From a virus, in IMG/VR virus record IMGVR_UViG_3300028045_001344, positions 32,001 to 96,000 of that record: a DNA stretch of 64,000 bases. One strand, 5' to 3'. Made by a program: the position numbers and the translations under genes. Below, piece by piece: positions 56,145 to 64,000 of this stretch (positions within the stretch are counted from its first letter, which is position 1; every line of letters begins with the position of its first letter). The notes under the pieces are model-generated. The model made no database searches and had not been told where the DNA came from. It saw only the letters and a program-made list of their open reading frames with translations.

Positions 56145-57224
56145 CTAATAATCCAGGCGAACTCGTAAAATCATTTCGTTGGTTGGATCTTTCTTAAGGG
56201 GCTCACTAAGTTTGGCGACTGCCAACAATTCATTGTCTGCGCCGTAAAGACCAACTGTGGTGATATAAGATACCGGCGCGTCCAATTGAGAATTCTTGAC
56301 ACGAATCTTGCTTTCACTCAAATATGAAGGATTGGAACTATAATTGAAATCACTATTATTTGCTCGACAAAAATGAATAGTAGAATTGAGTTCAGTTGTG
56401 TTATTGAATGATATGTTTTGAACACGGTGCCTAAACATATCACACGTTCCAGAAATGGACGTTCCAGTAAGGGCACCACTAATTGTAGTGACCGCTGGCA
56501 ACGCATCCATAAGTGCGCCAACTTTCATTGATCCTGTATTACACCCATCAAATATGGAAGCAGTAAGAACTGCAATTCCGGCTTGATAAAAAATAAGTCC
56601 AGCTTTGGAGTATGTGCCAGTGACACAAGTTGCTGGGGAAGAACAAGTTAAGATTCCATATTCACCCACGGCACTATTCACCTTAAAAGAATTTTGTGCG
56701 TTTGTGTCTCCAAAGGTCAAAAGCCCACCGAAAGGACTAGCATAAGCCGAACCACTTCCGATAATCATTTGAAACGATCCTTTTTTGATTTCATCTTTTT
56801 GGAGTAGCCTAGCAAAGTTTACAAAAACGGCTTCTCTGATTTTGGCTCCAGCAGACGCAATATCACCATCTACATCAAACAAAATCACATCTCCAGCAGT
56901 ATCGTAACCCATGAGTGTCGATGCCATTTGATTATACATATTGATCTTTTTAGCATTTTGAACATTCGTCGATGAACTAAGTTCCGAGTCAGAGGAGTAT
57001 CCAACCGTCAAATCAAAAATGTGGTTGGCTGATGAACTAAGATAAGGATAATCATAAACTGACTGAAACATTCCGTGAGCATAGTTTTTAATATTTAGCT
57101 CCTCTCCAAGCGACCCGGTATATGTTCCAGATACAATCGCTCCGGTAATTGGAATTGCTTCGTGTAAAAGCGTTCTTGTGCTCTTTATATCGTTATTGAG
57201 AAAAGTTTTATAAACTGTTGCCAT
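56145..57224 (-). CDS. putative baseplate/tail-fibre attachment protein
   Basis: C-terminal YITTVGLYGADNELLAVAKLSEPLKK; paralogue of 54949..56121. Confidence 0.55.
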   Translation of the reverse strand: MATVYKTFLNNDIKSTRTLLHEAIPITGAIVSGTYTGSLGEELNIKNYAHGMFQSVYDYPYLSSSANHIFDLTVGYSSDSELSSSTNVQNAKKINMYNQMASTLMGYDTAGDVILFDVDGDIASAGAKIREAVFVNFARLLQKDEIKKGSFQMIIGSGSAYASPFGGLLTFGDTNAQNSFKVNSAVGEYGILTCSSPATCVTGTYSKAGLIFYQAGIAVLTASIFDGCNTGSMKVGALMDALPAVTTISGALTGTSISGTCDMFRHRVQNISFNNTTELNSTIHFCRANNSDFNYSSNPSYLSESKIRVKNSQLDAPVSYITTVGLYGADNELLAVAKLSEPLKKDPTNEMILRVRLDY

Positions 57225-57234
57225 CGTGTTTTCC

Positions 57235-58218
57235 TTATGTTGTGATCTGTTTTATAAATCGAACGGGGATGTCTAATCTATAGCCGGTTGTTGCTCCGGT
57301 GATTTTAATGATTGTATCAATATATTTATATGTTCCTGTTGCCCCGGTAAGACCCCAGGCGGTAGCTACGGCTGCATCTGCGATATCTAAATCTCCGCCG
57401 ATTTGCGTAAACAAGAAATTGCTTGAAATTAATTCCAGGGTAGACTTTATAGAAAAGAACAGTGTGGTTCCTTGTGGTCCCTGGATTGTCGCAATAGAGG
57501 GGGCAGCAATCAAGGTGCTGTTGTTCCATAGTGCGTCCGTGCCGATATATTGCTTGTTGTTGACAATAAATTGTGGATCTGTTTCCTGTGACAAGTAATA
57601 GCTGGCGATATTGTCATCGTCAATAAAAGAAATCGTGGCATTTGTTCCATCGGATGTGCTGGCGATAATCCCCAACCGACTATCAATCTCGATAATATAT
57701 TGGGTTTCTTTGAGATCCTGATCAAGTTCATATTGCCAACTTATTTCCGTTGTGTCTAAGCCTTGATCAATTTTGGCTATCGCTGACCTATCCCAATTTT
57801 CTCCGTTAAAGGTTCCGAGTGGATTGTTAGCCTGCATTTCGGTAACGGTTGCCTGTGTGACTGCCACCGCATATCCTTGGTTCGCCGCAACAACTGATGA
57901 GTCAAGAGCAGTGTTACTGTTTATTTTCAATTCAGGCAAGTAAAGCAAATTTGTTCTGGGAATAGAGAGTAACTTATACTGTAGCATTGACGTGTTGTTT
58001 GTAAACGCTTCCAAGATTGGTGTTTGCATAATCTCTAAATCATAATAAGCCGAACCACTGGAGTTATCCTTGTCATAAAGTTTATAATTTATTTCATCAT
58101 CACCAAGCGCAAACTTTGTGATCCTAAATGAGCCATCGCCCTTCGCGAGCCTATATCGTCCCGTATCTGTTAAAACTGCGTCCAATATAATGTCGCCGCT
58201 ATTGTCAAGAAATGCCAT
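57235..58218 (-). CDS. putative baseplate/tail structural protein
   Basis: N-terminal DAVLTDTGRYRLA...ITKFALGDDE; SD and ACTATTTA motif upstream. Confidence 0.55.
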   Translation of the reverse strand: MAFLDNSGDIILDAVLTDTGRYRLAKGDGSFRITKFALGDDEINYKLYDKDNSSGSAYYDLEIMQTPILEAFTNNTSMLQYKLLSIPRTNLLYLPELKINSNTALDSSVVAANQGYAVAVTQATVTEMQANNPLGTFNGENWDRSAIAKIDQGLDTTEISWQYELDQDLKETQYIIEIDSRLGIIASTSDGTNATISFIDDDNIASYYLSQETDPQFIVNNKQYIGTDALWNNSTLIAAPSIATIQGPQGTTLFFSIKSTLELISSNFLFTQIGGDLDIADAAVATAWGLTGATGTYKYIDTIIKITGATTGYRLDIPVRFIKQITT

Positions 58219-58292
58219 GTTTATCTCCCATAATTACAAATAAATAGTTTGTTTTTTTGTTTTACACCATTTTACCATGGGCTAAAATTTCC

Positions 58293-61211
58293 TTATTCAT
58301 TCGAAGTTGTTTGTGTTGTTTTAAATTTTACATTAATATCTAACTTTTTTGAACTCTTTGTTGAAGATAATCTTATTTTAAATTTTCTTCCGTTGCTTGG
58401 TTCGCCCCAAATACTTTGTTGTCCTTTTCCAAGTTGAGCAGTTACAGTCGCAGAATTGTCTCCCTCTAGTTGAAAATCGTTGTTCGCTGAACTGATTGAT
58501 TTTACTTTCGCTGATAGCTCGCTCTCATTAAGTAAAGCTTGAGAAAAAGATGGTTTGATTTGTAAAAATCTTCTAACGGGTTTTGAGACTTGTCGTCCAA
58601 CGTCTACGTCCATATCCACCAATTGTATTAAAGAATAAATGTTCTCGTTGTCTTGAACTATTTCACACTCATATACTGAAGTAGGATTTGAAGTATGATT
58701 ATGATTATCTATTGCGCGGAAACAATAATAATACTTTGTATTTGGTTTGATGTCGTCTACAAAACCTGCGGAAGTTGAACCTTGAGCGGCGAATATCTTG
58801 GTATGTGCTCCTTGTGTAAAATCGGTATATTTGGTTGGTCTGTGTTCCAATCTAAAAATATCAAATTCAGTTACATGATCGTCGCTCTTAAAATGAACTT
58901 CATCCGGCGTATTGTTACTATTTGTGTCACGCCCATGAAGACGTAACATTTCGCTGAAATCATCCGATGGCAAAACGCTAATGGGTTCCTCCCAATAGTC
59001 TCCCACGCTTCCATTGAGCCACAACAAAATTTTATCCCCGGTGTCTTGATAAGGAATTATATTAATATCAGGTCTTACAGGTGGAGTATCAACAACTGCT
59101 ATCCCCAAGGGGTAATCAATTTTTGTATCATAATAAGGAACCTCTATTATTTTTATAAGGGGCTCGTTGAAGACACAAAGGCGAGCAAGAAAGTCGCCAA
59201 GCCTAGAAGGAGGCGGAGGGGGCGTGAACGGTCCTTGTTTGCCCGATGGGTATACTACCGTCGCATTACTTATGCCACCAATTTTATTAACCTTGTATTC
59301 ATACTTGTTGCCAATAACCATTTGATAAGCCCAGATCTTATAGCGATATCTTTTATTGTATTTTACTTGAGTGTCAATGTAGCTCATAACATCAATCTTG
59401 CTTGAATTAGGAAACCAAAAATTCTGTATGGTTTGATCCGGGACATCGGCATCAACCTTCTCTATGCGGTATAATAGCGTTTCTGAATATGCTTCTTTGC
59501 CCTGTAAGATTTCTTTGAACGATCTAAAATGGCCTTGATTAGAAGTTGGCTCAACCAGTTTATCTAATTCGGCTGCAAACAAATTCATTCGCAACAGAAC
59601 GTCTAACGCATTTGCCGGGTTGGATAGTAGGTCAAGGTCTTCACGGATACGACCAAGAAATGTTATTCTAAATTCTTCCAGATCGTCAAAGAGATCTTTA
59701 TATTCGTCCTGTAGTTGGGTTGGGTCAATAACCCCATCTATGAAGCCGCCTAAATAAAACTGAGTGGAGGGAGCAAATTTATTAACATATTCGCACATTT
59801 CTGTAGCTATATTGAACCAATAGTCAAAACTATATAATCCCCTTGAGGCACCCACCCCAGTCATCCCATTGATAAACTCGGAAATATTTTTTATTAGAAG
59901 TGGGAAAAGGCCGTTACTTTCCACTAGGTCAGCAAATTTAGTTTGAACATCCGTTACAAAGTCTATCTTAATGTTCATAGGGAAAAGGATTTCGTTTCCT
60001 TTGTGGTCCTCAAGCATTCGTGTATTTGAAATTGGAAGTGCTACATTTTCATATTGACTTTTTAGTTTACTAAATGTGGTGTTGGGATCGGGAAAATTCT
60101 GTATCTTATCGGACCATGTTTCAAAATATTGACCCTTGTCAGTTTCTCCGATTTTGCGACCATTGGGACCAATAATATCAACAAATGTCTTAGTGATCTG
60201 ATTTTCTCCCCTGTCATTTTGTAAGTTTATTAATCGACTAAACCGGGAGTTGTCACCGTCTAAAAATCTATTATCAAATTCAGAAGCAAAGGCATAAAGA
60301 TTCGGCAATAAACTTTCTGGAATAGTTGAATCCGCGATTGTTTCTTCATAAGATTTTATATAGAAGTTATACGAAGGAGTTATCTTAGCATATACATCCC
60401 TCACCGAAGAAGGAATATCCGGTGATCCCTCATTGATTTCCTTATCCTCAAAGGGAATCCACATACTAAAGCTAGTATCTTCGTAACTCTTTTCATGAAA
60501 CTTTTCCTTAACAAAGAGAGCCCACTTGGTATTATCCTTCCACCACTCAGGCACACTCTCATTTGGAAAATCTATAAACTCTTGTAATTGTGCGGGAGTG
60601 AAATTCCAAGGCGTTAGTGGTGGGGTTATTTGTATAGTATATTTTTCTCTCTTAGAGGATAGAAATGTTGGGTTGCTAGGTGGAGAAGCTTCAACGCTGT
60701 TCCACGGAAAAGCCGTATAGTTATCACTCAGCAATAAGGAAGACGGAATAACACGGGATTGAAGATTAGAGTTATTTAGATTTCGAAACTCTGCTAGTGT
60801 ATTATAAGGTCTATCATCCGTAAAGCAAATCGCCAAACCTAAATCATCGTCTCGATCAGAAAGATTGGTTGATGGCGTGGCAAAAGCATCGGTCTGGTCT
60901 GGGCTTGCGGCAAACCTATTATCATAATAGTATCTAGCGGGAAAGTTTCCATACCGTGCTGGGCTATTTATTACTGGTCGTGTCCAAAATTTATTATATG
61001 CAGTGCGAAGAATATCTATGTCATTCGGTGATTTCTGGGTTACAACATAAGGTAGATATAGTTGCGGAGTAGTTCCCCAATAAGAATATTGTACCAATGG
61101 AGAGTTAGGTCCATTCGACCCCGTACATTCTCCTTCGTGGAAATATTGAATAGGCACAAGTTCTTTATTACGAAAAAGAAACTTCTTTTTGTGGATGAAA
61201 TTCAGTGGCAT
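58293..61211 (-). CDS. large putative virion protein with FN3-like segments
   Basis: DTQVKYNKRYRYKIWAY and DDIKPNTKYYYCFRAIDNHNHTSNP resemble FN3 strands. Confidence 0.5.
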   Translation of the reverse strand: MPLNFIHKKKFLFRNKELVPIQYFHEGECTGSNGPNSPLVQYSYWGTTPQLYLPYVVTQKSPNDIDILRTAYNKFWTRPVINSPARYGNFPARYYYDNRFAASPDQTDAFATPSTNLSDRDDDLGLAICFTDDRPYNTLAEFRNLNNSNLQSRVIPSSLLLSDNYTAFPWNSVEASPPSNPTFLSSKREKYTIQITPPLTPWNFTPAQLQEFIDFPNESVPEWWKDNTKWALFVKEKFHEKSYEDTSFSMWIPFEDKEINEGSPDIPSSVRDVYAKITPSYNFYIKSYEETIADSTIPESLLPNLYAFASEFDNRFLDGDNSRFSRLINLQNDRGENQITKTFVDIIGPNGRKIGETDKGQYFETWSDKIQNFPDPNTTFSKLKSQYENVALPISNTRMLEDHKGNEILFPMNIKIDFVTDVQTKFADLVESNGLFPLLIKNISEFINGMTGVGASRGLYSFDYWFNIATEMCEYVNKFAPSTQFYLGGFIDGVIDPTQLQDEYKDLFDDLEEFRITFLGRIREDLDLLSNPANALDVLLRMNLFAAELDKLVEPTSNQGHFRSFKEILQGKEAYSETLLYRIEKVDADVPDQTIQNFWFPNSSKIDVMSYIDTQVKYNKRYRYKIWAYQMVIGNKYEYKVNKIGGISNATVVYPSGKQGPFTPPPPPSRLGDFLARLCVFNEPLIKIIEVPYYDTKIDYPLGIAVVDTPPVRPDINIIPYQDTGDKILLWLNGSVGDYWEEPISVLPSDDFSEMLRLHGRDTNSNNTPDEVHFKSDDHVTEFDIFRLEHRPTKYTDFTQGAHTKIFAAQGSTSAGFVDDIKPNTKYYYCFRAIDNHNHTSNPTSVYECEIVQDNENIYSLIQLVDMDVDVGRQVSKPVRRFLQIKPSFSQALLNESELSAKVKSISSANNDFQLEGDNSATVTAQLGKGQQSIWGEPSNGRKFKIRLSSTKSSKKLDINVKFKTTQTTSNE

Positions 61212-63991
61212 TATGGACCCCCTCCTACGCCCGGAATCTCTACGCGATAATATTCATCGTAAGTGGGCAAATCATAATTTGAATTTCTTGATAATAAAAC
61301 CGTATTATTTACATATGCTGTAGAGCGACAGAATGGAGCATAAGTGTCCCAACGAGGCTTAAAAAATGATTCTCTAACAAGCGAACTTCTCCAATTTGGC
61401 TGCTTTAGGAGAACACGAAAAATGGGTGTAGGCGGCGGTCGCGGAGACGAAGATGCATTCAGGTTTGTAACTCGGGGGTTGTTGGGGTTCATGATCACAC
61501 CGACGTTATAACCCGCGAGGTGTTCCATCTTATTAATAGTTTGAGTGCGATACATAAACTCAGGGTATAGTATAACATTATTTTCAATTTTGGCAAAAAA
61601 ATCTCTCGCTGCTTGGCTTAGGCGCGAAGTCGCCGAGTCTGCTAGAACATTATAATATAAAAGTGTCTTTGTTTGTGGTGGCACATCTCTCAAATAAGAA
61701 GATTCATAGCTACGTTCTATGGCATCGTTAGGAGGGTTTCGGGCCGCGACCGCTTGGGAAATCAATAAACTAGCAGAACTATTCTGTTCACTCAAATCAA
61801 AAGAAGATTTATCCAATGACATATTTTTTGTAAGTAAGCGTGGATTTAAGTCTGGGGAAGTGGATTCCTTGAGCACGTCTAAATAAAATTCATATGAAAT
61901 GTATCTGCGCTGGTTTGATAATTTTCTTAGCCCCTTATAATAAGAATCCGCAAAACTGGCAGCTTCCGGGCCAGGAGATGTTCCGTTGGGGTATTGCGAT
62001 TGTAAGTTCAATAAAAATCCGCCCTCTCCACCAATGTCGGGAGTTACAATCTCCGCACTGTGATAAGTTGAAAAATAATTTGATAAGTCATTGGCTAGCA
62101 CTTTATCATTTACAAGTGCTGAAGTTCCAGCACCTTCGACCAATGTTTCTAAAAAATTGTTATTGGTGCGCGACTTTAGTAAAGAATATGACACGGGCTT
62201 AAGAAAATCACTTGATTCATAATTACTGTCTTGAAGTGAAACTGAACCACCAGGCACTACTATACGATAAGGGGAAAAGAAAACACCTTCAGTGTTTCCC
62301 ATTTTTATGTTATCGCCAGGTGTATTACCAGCCAAAAAACCACCTAGGGGAACGATCTGAAATGAAGAATTATAAGACGGAAATAAGTTGGTGTATTGCT
62401 GTGTGGAATATGTAGAATAATCGGCATAAGAGATTGTGTTTAGTCCGCTTTCGTTTTGTGTTGTCGTTGTTGTATTCAAAAAATCAAAGCCCAGATTAGT
62501 CATAAGGTTCGCATTGAAAATTGCTTGTGGGGTATTTTTTATTTTATAGCTGCGATCTTTAGACGCAGGATTTTGCTTTTCATCAAACCCAATGGATATT
62601 ATTTCACCATCTTCATTTCGTGTCTCTTGTCTTTCCCTGCTTCTAATTGTTCCAATGATGGATTCTAAATTATTTGATATAGTTTCCATCAAGCGCATAA
62701 CCGCGTTTATGCTCGAAGGTGTCGCGCTCCAAGGATTTAGATAGTTTAACAAAGTAGTTTCAATGTTGGCCCAATTAAGATTTTTATAAGAGTGATCGCT
62801 CGCCAATAATTTTATTATGCTTACTAATCCATGAGAGTTGTTGCTTATAGTTGATGCGAATTCCACCACCAACTGTCCACCGGGAGCATAAACCTCTGAG
62901 AACTCTGATGTAAAAAAATTTGTTTTTGAATTGAAGTTTCCTGTCTGCACTTCACCACGTTGATAAATTTGTTCAGTGCGACCGGCGATTGTCCCGCCCA
63001 AATAAGGACTTCCATCTTGCGCCGGGATGCCCGGAATAGTTCTCATTACTTTTGTTGCTTCATTGTAATATTTACGAATGCCTTTTAGGTTTATATCAAG
63101 TTGTGATCGTATGTCATCAAGAACCGAAACCGACTTGTCTAGCATTTCAAATTCAATTCGATATTGATAATAGCCATCAGTAATATTTTTTATAGAGCCA
63201 TCGATTCCCTCAAAGTGTCGCAGCGTGTAACTAGGCAAATGCCTTCCGCCATCAATTGTTAAGCCAAGAGAAGTGTTTGAGATTTCTGAAATTACATTAT
63301 CATTTGTTGAAGTTTTGGAAACAGGTATTATTCCGGTGGTCGTAAGAGAATCCTTTGTTTCAAAAAGCATTTCATCAATTTGATTTTCAGAAAATGGCTT
63401 CTGTCTCACATATGCTGGCATTGTATAGTCGGGATTTGGCACTACAATTGGGTTTGCCCCAGCCTCACTACTACCTTGAATCCTGTGTCGAAAAATTCTA
63501 AAGGAGGTTATCTTGCTTTTATTTAGAAGATTGTCAAGAGCCACAGAAGATCTTTTTTCAAAAATCTTCCCAAACACTGAATTATCAAGCAACATCCTTT
63601 GCCAATCAATAGTAAAGAAAAATCTGGCTTGATCCATAATATCTCGTGTGAGAAATAAATCAGAAAAATATGTATCTTGTGTGTTGATATCAATTTTAGA
63701 ATTGCGTAAATTGTTTTTTATTGCGCCCAAGGCTGCGTTCTCAATGTGAGCAAAATCAAATTCAATATTTTCTATTTCGTTAAAGGTTCTAAAATCTTGA
63801 ACTCTTGGTAAAGAAATAATTTCTGGTACAATAACTTTGTGAATGCCCCATTTCGAAATGTCCGAGACTTGATAAGTGCTTGGTACATATTTTGGCTCCA
63901 TTTCGTGACCAGTCATCCATAGGTCTTTCTTGTCTTCAGTGCTGAAAAAAACTAAAATATCTTCTAAATTTTTAATCTTTCTTTCTCGCAT
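61211..63991 (-). CDS. large hypothetical (probably structural) protein, 5' end may lie outside the window
   Basis: 926+ aa ORF coupled to the next gene; frame remains open to the window edge. Confidence 0.55.
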   Translation of the reverse strand: MRERKIKNLEDILVFFSTEDKKDLWMTGHEMEPKYVPSTYQVSDISKWGIHKVIVPEIISLPRVQDFRTFNEIENIEFDFAHIENAALGAIKNNLRNSKIDINTQDTYFSDLFLTRDIMDQARFFFTIDWQRMLLDNSVFGKIFEKRSSVALDNLLNKSKITSFRIFRHRIQGSSEAGANPIVVPNPDYTMPAYVRQKPFSENQIDEMLFETKDSLTTTGIIPVSKTSTNDNVISEISNTSLGLTIDGGRHLPSYTLRHFEGIDGSIKNITDGYYQYRIEFEMLDKSVSVLDDIRSQLDINLKGIRKYYNEATKVMRTIPGIPAQDGSPYLGGTIAGRTEQIYQRGEVQTGNFNSKTNFFTSEFSEVYAPGGQLVVEFASTISNNSHGLVSIIKLLASDHSYKNLNWANIETTLLNYLNPWSATPSSINAVMRLMETISNNLESIIGTIRSRERQETRNEDGEIISIGFDEKQNPASKDRSYKIKNTPQAIFNANLMTNLGFDFLNTTTTTQNESGLNTISYADYSTYSTQQYTNLFPSYNSSFQIVPLGGFLAGNTPGDNIKMGNTEGVFFSPYRIVVPGGSVSLQDSNYESSDFLKPVSYSLLKSRTNNNFLETLVEGAGTSALVNDKVLANDLSNYFSTYHSAEIVTPDIGGEGGFLLNLQSQYPNGTSPGPEAASFADSYYKGLRKLSNQRRYISYEFYLDVLKESTSPDLNPRLLTKNMSLDKSSFDLSEQNSSASLLISQAVAARNPPNDAIERSYESSYLRDVPPQTKTLLYYNVLADSATSRLSQAARDFFAKIENNVILYPEFMYRTQTINKMEHLAGYNVGVIMNPNNPRVTNLNASSSPRPPPTPIFRVLLKQPNWRSSLVRESFFKPRWDTYAPFCRSTAYVNNTVLLSRNSNYDLPTYDEYYRVEIPGVGGGP

Positions 63992-64000
63992 CTTGTTTTT

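Noticed and set aside
20-62668. All plus-strand ORFs in the track and the short nested minus-strand ORFs
   Set aside because: They are antisense or out-of-frame shadows of well-supported minus-strand genes, with no motifs or RBS.
1-64000. Stop-codon reassignment as seen in some large phages
   Set aside because: Core genes are full length in the standard code, and TAA, TAG and TGA all serve as stops.
1-64000. CRISPR array, tRNA genes, introns or inteins
   Set aside because: No regularly spaced repeats or cloverleafs were seen, intergenic gaps are very short, and RNR, helicase, terminase and RecA have normal lengths. A covariance-model scan was not possible.

Overview
This 64 kb window is part of a large T4-superfamily-like (contractile-tailed) bacteriophage genome. 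Essentially every credible gene is on the minus strand and uses the standard genetic code. In transcription order (right to left) it contains: large putative baseplate/tail proteins; RuvC-like resolvase; primase; a fused Mre11-Rad50 (gp47-gp46); a probable lysis cluster interleaved with small proteins sharing N-terminal tags; terminase and portal; a head module interrupted by a tubulin/FtsZ homologue, a ParB-like protein, ribosomal protein bS21 and LamG/fibre proteins; scaffold and major capsid; neck, sheath, tube, chaperone, tape measure and hub genes; and a replication block (compact PolA, MazG-like, second degenerate tubulin, SSB, RecA, 5'-3' exonuclease, helicase, class II RNR, GroES-like). 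The most notable observations are: (i) two divergent tubulin/FtsZ genes, one with intact GTPase motifs and one degenerate; (ii) unrelated cargo proteins carrying two shared N-terminal tags, one of them in a 900 bp cassette bounded by a duplicated primase 3' end that carries a promoter-like motif, RBS and start; (iii) a recurrent upstream motif ACTA(T/A)TTA resembling the T4 late promoter in reverse orientation; (iv) a likely programmed +1/-2 frameshift in the tail chaperone. All calls come from reading motifs by eye; no database searches were run.
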